From assembly GCF_030684315.1 (NCBI RefSeq), contig NC_081396.1, positions 9,043,628 to 9,107,627 on the forward strand: a DNA stretch of 64,000 nt, in the 5' to 3' direction. The first letter of the stretch is position 1. Every line of letters starts with the position of its first letter. The stretch comes from Stegostoma tigrinum. Its lineage: Eukaryota. The translations under genes were made by a program, and so were the position numbers. Under the pieces are notes generated by a model. It had not been told where the DNA came from. It saw nothing but the letters and a program-made list of their open reading frames with translations, and ran no database searches. Positions 36,771-50,070 of the stretch are shown here, piece by piece.

Positions 36771-38090
36771 GCCTCAGAATGCATTTATAATAGCATGGTG
36801 CATGTGAATCCAGCGACTTAGAAAGGAAATTGAATAGATAGCTAAAGAAGTGCGATTTGCAAAAATGCCTTCACACATCTGAAGCATTGATCGACGAAAG
36901 AGGCAGTGCAAGCACATTACGTTGAATCCCCCTTTTCGGTTCTGCAAATCTGTGATTGTCTCAAAAGAGCAGTGTTAAAATGCAATTATTTGTTTGTGTT
37001 GTGGGCATATCTACAAATCAATATGCAGTCATTGAATAATTGTGTTCACCAGCATGGTACAACACCATGGTAATAATAATGAGCTTGCAGCAATGCCAAT
37101 ATCCCATCCGAGTCTTGATCATGGAACAGGGAGCTCCCAACACGACATCAACACAATGTGACAAATGCATTATTTCCTGAATGTTTACATGAGCGATGTC
37201 AGTATATTGCAGGGCTTAGCTAGAATTTTGCATACTGAAATAGATGTTAGCACAATCAAAAGTTTTCTTTTGTGAACGTAGTTCAAGTTGTCCATTCTGT
37301 TCAATATTATCTTCAAATAACACCGCAAAGCAGGTCATAGTCACACTCAACATTTTCATTATCGCATCATCAAGTGTTTTTGTTTTCCACCATAGACTGA
37401 CTGAAACATTTTGTAAGAAAAGTTATTTTGTTTAATTCCCATTCCAAAAACTATAAGTATTCGTTCTGATCTAGTGACATTTCCTTTACTTTGTCTTTCT
37501 CTGAATGGTTTTCACAAGTCTTTTATCTCTGCAAAACACCTTGAGAAGCCAATACTGCTTTTTCTAACTGTCACAGCAGCAAAGAAATCCAAAATGACTT
37601 TTCTGATTGAATTACCAGCTTGCAATGACCAATGATTGCTGATAAAATATTTCAAACCCCACACAGACATATTGTTTAAAATAAATCAATAGGTTATCCT
37701 CATTTGCAGTAGCTATGGTCATGCTAGTTCAGTTCAAACACAAGGATATTTGAAGATAAATCAATCGATGTTAAAATTACAGTTCATTAAGTTGCAGGAG
37801 CATTCAACCTGAAGTTAATAATGTGCTCATTTTCGTAACTCTCCCATATTTAACCATGTTTGGGAATTCTTTCCTCTCGCCTTGAAGGTGCTGTGAATCA
37901 GATTGACACCAGTGGAGAGCACAGCTTGAATATCAAGTTGATAACATCAGTCAGGAAGACTTTCAATAACCAGAATTTTAGATCCATGCCAATGAATCAG
38001 TCCACAAAAGAGATTAAACTGACAAGTATCATGCAAGTAATGTTTTTATTGATAACAGGAGGTATCAGAAAACAGAATTGAACTTTGTTT

Positions 38091-38995
38091 TCATTTTTTG
38101 CACAATTTAGCAATTAGACTCAATGGGCATATCACCATAATATTTAATTGCTGTCTGAACTTACGTTGTGTTACTGCATAAATAAATGAGTTTGTGCAGC
38201 AGCTTAAAAGCTGAAGCATATTTCCACTTTCCTTAAAAATAAATTTAGGGTCATCAAAACCATCAATGATGTAGTGCTTTGCAAATCTTTGCCAAAGAAA
38301 CTCCACAACATATGTCATCCACAACACGATGAAAGTACCAGATATTGCAAATAATAAAATGATAGACTTTCTGCGGCTTTCCATCTCTTGATCACTCGTA
38401 TTTTCTCCATTGCTTTGGGCACGGAGTCTTTTCCGGGCTCTACTTGCCATCAGAATCTGTCGAACAGTCACCGCATTAAACAGAACAATCAGAAAGAATG
38501 GGAGACAAGGAGTTACAATACGATCAAACCAATCAAATGCTGTCCAAAGACGTGACGTATAACGAATATTCTTCTGTCTACAATACCATGGTGTGTTGTC
38601 AATTACATAAACTGGTTCATGCATAAAATACCAGGGGATATTAATTGAAAAAGCTAGCACACAAACCATTCCTATGACCACAGCTGCTGTTTTTGCAGTG
38701 CAATATTTTGTTTTCAGTTTCAAACAACAAATGGCGACAAGTCGATCAAATGTGAAAGTCACAGTTAACCATATTGAACTGTCTCTGCATGCATAAATTA
38801 GTGCGATACTGAAACTGCACACTGGGGTAATGGACATGAAACTACCGGGAAAATAAATAGTTGGAATTCGATTTAATATCACTGCAGTGATAATGACCAG
38901 GAGATCCGTCACTGCCATAAACACCAGGTACCTAGTGATACATCTGGAGAGACCGCACCTTCCTCTGGACAGGATCACAATCGCCATTAAATTAA
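38091..38995 (-). CDS. GPCR gene 2, exon 2; class A GPR139/GPR142-like orphan receptor, 324 aa with exon 1
   Basis: YLVFMAVTD, FTFDRLVAIC, CLPF, SCCTNSFIY; acceptor tctttcag at 38997-38996; TGA at 38093-38091; collinear paralog of GPCR gene 1. Confidence 0.93.
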
Positions 38996-39299
38996 CTGAA
39001 AGACAATGAAATCATGTTGCACAATTTGTTTGTCTCCAAGAAAATGTGCTCATTACATCTGGTGTATATTTTCAAATCATTTTGATTTCGAGTCATAGTT
39101 ATAGAATGCTAGATTCAAACAACATGGAAATAGACCCTTCAATCCCACTAGGCCTCACCAAACACGATACCAAAATAAACTGGTATCTGGATAATGCATG
39201 AACATTCATATAATAGAAATACATCACAAAATCTGAGAGGGAAAGAAACACAATTAAAACGCATTAAAATTTCCATGTTGAATAAATGAACAAATGTAA

Positions 39300-42200
39300 T
39301 AGTACAGTGCATGAATATGCCCTTTGTCTCTCCAAAACTGTGCTTACGATCATGCCCGAATTAATTGAAAAACAAACATGCCATTTTCCGATCTATATTC
39401 CTCTATTCTCTCCCTATTCATGAACCCATCTAGATGCATCTAAATGTCATTATTGTGCCCACGTACACCACCTCTTCAGGTAGTGCAGGTTCTCCAGTCT
39501 GCTAAAACTCTCTGCATGAATAGCTTCGCTTGCACATCTCCCTTAAAATTTCCCCCTCTGAACTTGAAGCTATCAATGCTTCTCATACTTTTGTAGACCT
39601 CAATCAGGTCTCCTCTCAGCTTCCATCTTTCCATTGAAACCAATCCTAGTCTTTTTAGCTTTCCACACAGTTAATATCCTGGAAACCAGGCAACATCTTG
39701 GTGAACCTTGTCTATACTTTCTCAAAAGCTTTCACGTCCTTCTGGAAGTATGGTGACCAAAACTGCACACAATATTCCAAATGTGGCTGTAAAAGGGTTT
39801 TATATAGCTTCAAAATATTTTGCCAACTTTTGTAATCCATGCCCCGGGAGTTGAATGCGAGCATGCCATATGCCTCCTTTATGACCTTGGCTACCAATGT
39901 TTTCAATTTCAGGGAACTGTGATCCTGCACTCCCAAGTCCATCCTTATATTTATTGTCCTAAGGGTTCTGCCATTTACACCATAATTATTGCTTAAATTT
40001 TATCCTCCAAAATGCATCACCTCATATTTGTCTGGATCAAACTTCTTCTGCCATTTCTGTTCCGAAGTCGCTAATCTGTCTATAACCTGTTGTTTCCTTT
40101 CACATTTGCTGGAACAATCAGCAACTCCACCAATCTTTGAGTCATCAATAAAGTTGTTTGTCAGGCCAGGCATATTTTCAGCCAGATCGCTTACATCTAT
40201 TACAAATAACTAAATACCGAGGATCGATCCCTGTGGAACACCACTCGGCACTGATCTCCATTCAGAAAAGCATCCTTCAACCATTCGCCTCTGTCTTCTA
40301 TGACCAAGCCAGTTTTCTATCCATCTAGCTAGGCCACCCCAAATCCCTTGTGATTTTCGGTTTAGCGAATGTCTTACTAAAGTCCATATCAACTAAATCC
40401 ACAGCCCTTCCTTCATCAGTTATCCTTGTTATCCCTTCAAAAAAATCAATCACGTTGGTGAAACATAATCTTCCCTGGACAAATCCATTCTGCTTGCCAC
40501 TCACTCGTCCATTTTCCTCCAAATGCACATATATCATGTCCCTCAGTATCTTCTCCAAGAGCTTCCTCACCACAGAGATCATGCTGACCGGCCTATAGTT
40601 TCCTGAATTATCCCTGCATCGTTCCTTGAACAACGGAACGTCATTTGCTAATATACAATCCTCTGGACCTTCAACTGTGGTAAATGAGGATGTGGAGATA
40701 TCTGCCAATGCCCCAGCTATCTTCTCCCTTGCCTCTCTGGGGAACCTGGAATAAGTCACTTCTAGTCCTGGGGACTTGTCTATCTTAATGCAAGTTAGAA
40801 TGTCGAAAAGTTCATCTTTTAATTTGTCGACATTCTCTGGAGTATTCGCACCAGCTCTGACAATAAACAATAGACATTATGTGCGGAGTAGACCATTCGG
40901 TCCTTCGAGCCACCACCACCATTCATTATGATCATGACTGATCCTCCACAATCAGTATCTTGTTCCTGCCTTATCCCCATAACCCTTGATTCCACTATCT
41001 TTAAGAGCTCTGTCTATCTCTTTCTTGAAAGCATCCAGAGAGTTGGCCTCCACTGCCTTCTGGGGCAGAGCATTCCATATGTCCACCACTCTCTGGGTGA
41101 AGAAGTTTTTCCTCAACTCTGTTCTAAATGGCCTACCCATTATTTTTAAACTGTGTCCTCTGGTCCTGGACTCACCCATCAGCGGAAACATGCTTCCTGC
41201 CTCCAGAGTGTCCAATCCCTTAATAATCTTATACATCTCAATTAGATCCCCTCTCATCCTTCTAAACTCAAGTGTATACAAGCCCAGTCGCTCCAATCTT
41301 TCAACATTTGATAGTCCCGCCATTCCGGGAAATGACCTTGTGAACCTATGCTGCACTCCCTCAATAGCAAGAATGTCCTTCCTCAAATTGGGAGACCAAA
41401 ACTGCACACAATACTCCAGGTGCGGTCTCAGCAGGGCCCTGTACAGCTGCAGAAGGACCTCTTTGCTCCTATACTCAATTCATCTTGTGATGAAGGCCAG
41501 CATGCTATTAGCTTTCTTCACTACCTGCTTTAACTTCAACATTAGTCATGGACTTCTTGATGTAAACCGATACAAAGTACTCATTCAGGATATCCCTCAC
41601 TACCTGAGGCTCTATGTTTGACTTCTCTCCTTCATCCTTGAGTGGACCTACTATTTTCCTTGTTACCCTCTTTCTCCTAACACATGCAAAATAAAAGTCT
41701 GGGGATTCTTCATGAATCTGTTTTCAAAAGACATTTTATGGCCACTTTTTGCTTTCCTAATTGTACATTCAAGTTTCTTCCTAATTTCTCTGTACCCTTC
41801 CAGGGCTTTGTCAGTTTGTTGCTGCCTGGATTTGTCGCATGCTTCCATTTTTCTTTTTAGTAGCCTCACAATTTCCCTTGTAATTCATGGTTCCTGAATC
41901 CAGCCATTCCTTATCCTTCGTTTTGCAGGGACACACATGTCAGGCATTTAAGTTAATTGGCCTTTAAAAGCCTCCACAAGCCTGAGGTAGATTTGGCTTC
42001 AAACAACTGCTTCCAATCCATATTTTCCAGTTCCTGTCGAATTTGGGTCTAATCAGCTATTGCTCAATTAAGCAGCCTCATCCGAGGGTCACATGTTACC
42101 TTTTCCATGACTTCTCGAAATCTTATGGAGTTATGGTCACTCAGCCTGAAATACACTCCACCTGAAATATCAATCACCTGTCCTGGCTCATTCCCAAGGA

Positions 42201-43130
42201 CGGAATCTAATACGGCCTCCTTTCTGCTTGGATTGTCAACATACTGCCTTAAATAGGCCTCCTGGACCGTGCTAACACATTGGTCTCCATCCGAGCCTCT
42301 GGTTCTAAGGGATTCCCAGTCAATACGGGGACAGTTGAAACCACCCACCTGCTACCCCGCTCTTTTCACACATTTCCAGCATCTGACTGCACATCTGTTC
42401 GTCAGTCTCCCATGTACTGTTGGGAGGTTTGTGGGAAACCTGCAAGACTGTCATTTCGTCCTTCCTGCTCCTGAAATCCAACCATCATGCCTCAATGTAA
42501 GATCCCTCCAACGTCCTCTCCTGCAAGACTTCTGTGATGTGATCCCTAATCAGCTGTGCAACTCTCCCACTCTTTTTTTTCCCTTTTAAAAGTGATATTC
42601 AGGAATGCTAATCTGACAGGCCTGCTCCTCCTTTAACCATGTCTCTGTAATTGCAATAAAATCGTAATTGTATGCATTAATACATGCCCTCACTTCATTT
42701 GACTAACTTGCTATACTTTTTGCTTTGAAGTAAATGAATTCCAGTCCTCAAGTCCCTCTGAGCCCTGAAAACTCCCTGTGCTGGCTCTTACTCTGTACTG
42801 TGCATATCTCAGGCAGACTTTTGCCCTCAGCACCTGCACCTACTGGCCTAGTATTCTGGTTGCCAAACCCCTGCCACACTAATTTCAGCCTTCCTGGAAG
42901 AGCTCTCGCAAACCTCCCGCCCAGGATATTAATGCCCCTCCAGTTCTGGTGCAATCCGTCCTTCCTGTACAGGTCCCACCTTCCTCTGAAAACATTCCAA
43001 CGATCCATCGATATGGAGCCCTCCCTCCTGCTCCAGTACCTCCGAGGTATTCAGACAGGTCACGGTGACTGCAGTGCCGCCTCCCAGAATTTCTCTCAGT
43101 GACATCTCTGTTGCCTCCTGATTGCACAAG
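39300..43130 (-). mobile_element. Long degraded CR1 LINE in the GPCR2 intron (ORF1 esterase, APE endonuclease, RT)
   Basis: DLYRKDGLHQNWRG (SGNH-type ORF1), GGFN.P.IDW and SDHNSI (endonuclease), KSPG..NYRPVS..Q.GF and SGVPQGSILG (RT). Confidence 0.9.
40861..41529 (-). mobile_element. Younger CR1 3' fragment nested in the older CR1
   Basis: ORF 40952..41407 QFWSP...RRMRGDLIE...SRTRGHSLKI...FFTQRVV..WN.LP; absent from the paralog, which is continuous at about 62130-62170. Confidence 0.9.
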
Positions 43131-44279
43131 GATGAAAACACATGGACCTTACATACGAAGAAGAAATTAAAATGGCAGGCAGCTTGTTTGAGACCACGTA
43201 TTGTATTAGAAAAATTCAAATCTCTTATTGAAAGAAATGACTACGTAATTTTAATTTAAACACATCAGTTAGAATTTCCTGTAAAATTGAGATAATGAAT
43301 GGAAAGAGACACAAATCAAAGCTGCGTACATTGAACAAAAGCAAAATCAGAATTTCAATTCACTTCTGGAACAAATTTAAAGTTCTGGAAATTTTCACTT
43401 TCGTTTTGTAGTCTCTGACTGCTTTTCAGGATATATACATACTGGAAAATTCCTTATGAATGGATCCAACAATTTGCCTGTATAAGACAGGCTTTAATAT
43501 AAAATTGAAATATATAACTTGTAAATCGAGGAAATACTGACTGAAAAGAAATACGTCCAAAACCAACATGACCTAATCACCTCAAATGCTTTATTTCATC
43601 CTGTGTGGATCTCCGTCCTTGATATTCCAGCACCATGTAATCGTCTAACATAGTATGTGGTCTCAAACAATCTGTCAGCCAGTTAAATTTCTCGTTTGTG
43701 TGCAAGGTCTCTGTGTTTTCATCCTTGTACATGCCCAAGGCTTTAGTGAATCATCCTTATGGCATGGCAGTTGTCTCCTGAGCATACTTTTCAACACTTA
43801 GTAGTGACATAGATTTAAATGTCATTCTGTGATATTGTTCACTTATTGGGGGATTGCCAGAGAGTTTATTAAATTCGTATGCAATCCCTGCATTACCGAC
43901 GTAAAAATGACAATGAAGATTGGAATGGATTTTAATGCATAGATGTTGTGGACTGTGAATCCCATTTGCCACAATCGGATCTCAGGCCATACGAAATGTT
44001 TGAAGTAAGTAGAAAGAAAAGCACGTCAAAGAACAGTGAAATTTTCAGGGCAATCAACAACTGAATCGTAGTTTGACCAGTGAACTCTGTTCTGCTTGGC
44101 TGTCCCAAATAGGTGGCTGAATGAAGCCGATCCTTTGACAGTACAAAAATACATGGATTTTGCATGTATGTGAGACCTTTTGCTTTAGTCAGCACACATC
44201 AAGCCATGAGTGGGCAGTAGGCTCAGAAGGCGTATTTAAGGGAACGACATATTTGAGCAGAGTAACTAGGAGTGACAGT

Positions 44280-44820
44280 CTAAGAGTCATACAGTCATAG
44301 AGATGTACAGCACGGAAACAGACCCTTCAGTCAAACTCGTCCACGTCGGCCAGACATCCTAAATTAATCCAGTCCCATTTGCCAGCGCTAGTCCCCGATC
44401 TCTCCAAACCACCCCGATACATAAACCCATCTAGGTGCCTTTTAAATGTTATCATTGTACCAGCCTCCACGACTTCCTCTGGCAGCTCATTCTATACACG
44501 CAACACGCTGCTTGTAAAAATTGCCCCTTAGGTTCCTTTTGAAGCTTTTCCCTCCCACCTTAATCCTATGCTCTTTACTTTTCAACTTCACCATTTTGGG
44601 GAAAAACTTTTGGTTATTCACGCTATCCATACCACTCTATAAACCTCGAAAAGGCCTTCCCACAGCCTCCGAAATTGAGGAAAATAGTCCCAGCCTATTT
44701 AGTCTCTCCCTCCAGCTCAAACTCTCGAACCCTGGAAACATCCTTTTCAATACTTTCTGAACAGTTTGAAGATTCACAACGTCATTTTTACAGCAGGAAG
44801 ATCAGAATTGCACGTATTTT
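44280..44820 (-). mobile_element. CR1 LINE 3' end
   Basis: CR1 3' UTR with (GAGTCATA)-type tail on the plus strand. Confidence 0.8.
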
Positions 44821-45953
44821 GAGTTGAGTGTTGAGAGAAATGCCAAACGTATAGCGAAAGTGTGACATAAATGGATCGGATGTAAAGAGCAGTGGAAAAT
44901 AAGTAAATTTTTACAAATTAAGAAAGGTTAACACAACAAAGGAAAGAAGTAAAGAAATTGCTGGAGAAACTCATCAGGCCTGGCAGCATTTGTGGTAAGA
45001 AAGCAGAGTTACAGTTTTGAGTCTGCAGTTTCTTCGTCAGAACAGAAGAAGGGAAAAACATTGGAAGTATCAGTTGTATGCAAGGATTTAGCAGCCTGCT
45101 GTGACCACTGATGTGTGGTGAATTATATCTGTTTCCAGTTTTTAATTCATTGGTATACTTCAAATCAAATCACTGCATATTTATTTTTGAAATCTATGCA
45201 GGAATCTAGACATCAGCGGAAATCAACAATGTAGTTATTAATTATTCAATTGTAAATGTTAAGAAATTCAGAACCTGCATCAGTAGTGACATAATTCTGC
45301 AATTCAATTGAGCCACTCAATATGTGACCTAAACCTATGGCAAAATAAATCATTCTGCAAAGAATTCACTTCTCAAATAAATGGATGTCGACCTCCAATT
45401 TCTTTTTAGTCTCTAATGATGTTTCCAACTCTGAGTAACTCAAAGACTCACATGCATTGTTCACACTTTATCTCACATTACCTGACGGTTCTTGAATATG
45501 GTGGCAGAACAGTTTCAGACGTGTTCTCCATAGTACTACAAATTATAATTATTAAACTGTTAAAAATACAACATATTGAATAAGAGCAAAGTAAAAGTAA
45601 TGAAGAGAAAGCCTTTCACAGCTCCTCGCACCTATCCCACCATTCAATGCGACAATCGCTCATCTGTGGCTGATATCCATACATCAGACCTTGATCCACA
45701 TCCCTCAATACCTGTGTTCAACAAATAAAAATCTGTCTCAGGTTTTAAGTTAACAAATGATCCATCATGCGCTGCCGTTTGTGGGAAATGTACCAGACTA
45801 TATTCTGCTTCCTATCCCTTCTTCTGAAAGCCCTAATTTTCAGACTATTTCCCCTCGTTCTGGAATCCCCAATCGGTGGAAATATTTAACCTTTATCGAC
45901 CCTACATTTTCTGCCAAGGATTTATCGATTTTTGGTTTGATCATTTCTAACGC

Positions 45954-46270
45954 CAGCGGCACGGAGGCTCAGTGTTTCGCACTGCAGCCTCACTGCACCA
46001 AGGACCCGGGTTCCATTCCAACCTCGGGCGACTGTCTGTGTGGAGAGTGCACATTCTCCCGTGTCTGCGTGAGTTTCCTCCAGGTGCTCCGGTTTCCTCC
46101 CACAGTCCGAAGATGTGCAGGCGAGGTGGATTGGCCATGCTAAATTGCCTATAGCGTTCATGGGTGTTTGGGTTAGAGGGGGATGGGTCTGGGTGGGATG
46201 CTTCAACGGGTGGTGTGGACTTGTTGGGCCGAAGGCCCTGCTTCTACACTGTAGGGAATCTAATCTAATC
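45954..46270 (+). mobile_element. Full-length HE1-type SINE
   Basis: Matches 19197-19520; AATCT tail. Confidence 0.9.
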
Positions 46271-47506
46271 GAAAAAGGCACGACTTCACTCCATCTATAT
46301 GTATGAATTCATGAACATCCACAAATTGTTGAGCAATATCAAACTGCAGTACAAAAATGTGATTTATGCGCAGAAGTCGGTCATTCGGACTCTTTTATTT
46401 CAAGAAGTACATGACTGATTTGTTTGTGCTTCGATTTCCCATTGATATTGGTTGAATGTATTGTTTGATGAGAATCTGAGTTATTAGTCTTTCCAAATCA
46501 AAAGATTTTTTTCACAGAATCATTTGAGCTTAAAATATTATGGAGCAAAGGAGATTACTGGTCATATCGAATTAATGTCAGCAGAACTCGAACATTCTTT
46601 CCAAAAAAAAATTTTAATAGTTCAAATTTAAATAAAAGCCAAACACTTCTAACGGGTTGACGTTTTGTATCGTTGCCATTCTTTCAGACAGGATGTTAAA
46701 AACTGCTATCACTCTCGAGGTGATTTTGCTTTTTTTCCTTTCTTCTCAACACCACTCTGAAACCTCATTCAAATACCTTATTAAGGTGCATTATCATCTC
46801 TGTTAATGAAATATACAATTCCTATTCGTTACATATGAACTTGTCATGATTATGTACCTCTAAATTAAATCTTCAGTCAATACTGTGGTTCAACCTTTCC
46901 CTAAATTCAATGTTACCATGTAGATATGTATGAAAACATACAATTACACAATTATCGAAATCATTCATTCATACTTGCTCTAATTTTAAATTTCTGCATC
47001 CAATAATCTATGCTACAAGGAGAGACAATAGTTTTGCCCATGCCTGTTGTATGAAATTCTTTAAATATTGAAAGATAAATTAGTTGAATTTGGTCATTAA
47101 CTAAGCTTCTTTCCTTCATAAAACTAATGCTCCCTTTCCCTCCTCAATTAATACCCATACCGTAACCACTGAAAAACTAATTTATTTACTCATATTGATG
47201 AAAACAAAATCCAAAAATAACAAATGCTTTCCTAATTTCCACAGCTAAACGTCCAATGTAAAATTGAGTTGCGCTATGATCAGAGTTTTTTTTCCGCATC
47301 CCTTGCATAATTGCAAACTCTACATCACAGGAATAAGACAAAATTCTGGATGACCTCAGCAGGTCTGGTCGCACTTGTGGAGAGAGAAGCTGAGTTAATT
47401 TTTTGAAGATAATGTACCTCCTCTCGGAACTTTGTGCTTTACATTGCTTTTTTAGATAGGACCTGGCACCCAATTAGATCATGAATCATTTCTTCCGTCA
47501 CTTTAC

Positions 47507-47576
47507 CTGGGACAGCGATAGCTGCAAGTGTAGTGTAGTAAATGGCATACGCAGGACCTCTTGGTGGGGCATGCAT
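47507..47576 (-). CDS. GPCR gene 2, exon 1 (MHAPPRGPAYAIYYTTLAAIAVP)
   Basis: 70-nt ATG exon ending CCAG|GTAAAG, same size and phase as GPCR1 exon 1; joins to give AVP-V-NL; intron about 8.5 kb. Confidence 0.88.
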
Positions 47577-49127
47577 TTTCTTAAGAGATGTCACGATATC
47601 CGTTTACAGTTTCTGATGTGTTCTGTTCCATTTACCGAGGGATCCTATTATACCTGAGGCGAACACACTAGAGACACATTTAGATAACAACATTATTGAT
47701 ATTAAATACAGTCATCCGGGAATAACAAGAAAAAAACTGTTTTGCATTCACCACCATCCCATTTACTCATGTTCAGAAACAGCTAGATACGATTATATCA
47801 ACGTTTATGTTGTTTACAACTGTTGAACAAATTGAGTAGCTCACATAATCGTTAAAGTGATAACATTCAAGATTACTGACTTCCCTTTCCTTTATTTTTC
47901 ATTAAATAGAAAGGAGAAAACGAGGTTTAAAGGGTTTTTAACGTTTTCTGTCCTCAAGCGTTGGACAGGTCCTTATCTTCCCTTTTTGCACATATTTGAC
48001 TACAACTGCCCAAGAAAATTTTTTGCTTATCCCGTCTCTGCAAAAGGCCGGCAACCCAGTAAGCCTTCTCTAGTAGGAAGTGAAGAATGAAACCGACAAG
48101 TGAAAGAAGTCGAATAATGTGCACCCTGAAAGTGAACCAGACCGTGCACTTGACAACCGATGCCAAGGTCTGGAAACGTGTCTTACAGTTTCGTTTAGCA
48201 GCAACCTTATGTGACATGCTTTTAGAATGGTACCTAGCAGTAAACACTGCCGCAGTCTCCATTACAAAATACCTTATAGATTAGATTTGATTGATAGGGC
48301 ACCTAGAACAGGAGTGAAGAGGCTGTGTTTTGAATTGATGCATGTCAGTTGGTAGAGTATGGATCCGGTATTCCTTAACGGTGATCTACTCGGTTAAATC
48401 GCATGGATTAAAGACCAAACATGGTAAGGAGAACTACTAATTACTTAATTTTTCTCAATGCGTTGCCAGATGCTGATGACATCAAAGGATCAGTATAGGA
48501 TCCGAATTTGAAATTTCACTGTCCAATTGGGGATCATTGCTGAGTCCTGGATTACAAAGCTGTCAGTGTGAACTTGCGCAAGTTCACAAAATGAAAACTG
48601 ACTTGTTCAACTGCTCAACAAATTGCCCATCATGACTGTATGTATCCACGATGGCATCATGAGGAATGAGTAAGACACAGTGCTTGCAGAGTTTAATGGT
48701 CGCATTCACAGCGAGGTATTAACTATTACATCATGAAAACGTAGCATTGCACAATGGAGAGAACAGAAGAAACGGAGGTCCAGCGATTAGGAGCGTGCAA
48801 TCATGAGGAATACAGAAATATTGTCTTCTTGTCAAAACTTTCACCGTTATTGTTCAACAATTCCCTTATTTTATCACCTACAATCAATTAAAAGACCTTG
48901 CTTCAACGAGTACTGCAGAAAAGCATGTTAAAAATACATTGAACGTTTAAAGCTACAATTACAGAGGGCCAGAATGAGATTATTGAGGTATTGAATCACA
49001 TTAGCGTTAATCTGAATTGTAACTCACTTATTTGCATATTCAACAACAAGACATCTTGAGTAAAACTGTCAGACCCAGTTTTGAAATCAAAAACTGATCA
49101 CCAGAACAGGTTTTTCAGTTCAAAGTT

Positions 49128-49309
49128 CAATGTTTATATCGCCATTTGAATCAATAAATCACTGAACAACAGAATAATTACTGGGAAGGGCCACTGTGTT
49201 TCGGATGGATCTCTAAGCAATGTTTATATCGCCATTTGAATCAATAAATCACTGAACAACAGAATAATTACTGGGAAGGGCCATTGTGTTTCGGATGGAT
49301 CTGTAAGCA
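49128..49309. repeat. 90-bp direct tandem duplication (2 copies, 2 mismatches)
   Basis: CAATGTTTATATCGCC...GGATCT(C/G)TAAG at 49128-49217 and 49218-49307. Confidence 0.95.
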
Positions 49310-49399
49310 TAATATTTCAAGGCAAATATTCATTCAATTCCCCCTTTGTATTCCTCATTTTCTTGCTGTGTGCTTTTTTTCAGCCCACTGTCAAATTGG

Positions 49400-50070
49400 T
49401 AATTTGATTTGATGTGATTTCTTACTGTCAGGTGCAACTCAATCAATGAAAAGTTTTGTTTTGTGTGCGGTACAGGCAGATCATAAGATACAAAGTTCAC
49501 AGGATGATTGAACAGAGCGAGGTATACAAAGTTAAGGGTGATAAGTACGTGCACAAAAAGCAGGATCATCATTAGATTTGCAATTTGAGAGGTCAATTCA
49601 TAAGTCTAATAACAGCGGGTGAAGAAGTTGTTCTTGAATCTGTTGGTACCAATGTTTCAGCTTCTTATTTTCTGGCTGTCAGAAGAGGGTGGAAGAGGAT
49701 ATAACTGGGATAGGAGGATGATGTTGACGTCTTTTCAATGACATCGTGAAGTGCAGACGGAGTCAAGAGAAAAAGGCTGGCTTTTGCGAAGATTTGGACA
49801 GTGTTCACAACTTTCTGTTGTTTCTTCCTCTCCTGGGCAGAACAGTTGCCATGCAAAGCTGTGTTGCATCCAGACAGAAAGCTTTGTATAGTTCATTTGC
49901 AAAGTTTGGTGAGAGTCCTTATGGGCGTGAAGAATTTCTTCAGCCTGCTGAGGAAGAAGAGGTATTGTTGTGCTTGATTGACCACCTATCTACGTTGCTG
50001 ATCCAAGGTCGACGTAACCAAGAAAGATGCTCTGGAGCATCTTCATCTCAGTTCGTTTGATGTAGATATT
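49400..50070 (-). mobile_element. Rex1/Babar LINE fragment (paralog of 23305-24060)
   Basis: GNCSAQERKKQQKVVNT. Confidence 0.8.

Larger units (their letters stand above)
23280..42440. repeat. Segmental duplication copy 1 (alignable part of the V + GPCR cassette)
   Basis: Collinear with 49378-63075, starting at TTCAGCCCACTGTCA; about 80-92% identity by eye, with large indels. Confidence 0.92.

Noticed and set aside
40986-41621. 211-aa plus-strand ORF (also 534-986, 60163-60381 and similar)
   Set aside because: Antisense shadows of CR1 ORF2.
48340-48420. tRNA A-box-like TCAGTTGGTAGAG
   Set aside because: No cloverleaf or intact B box can be built; at most a decayed SINE head.
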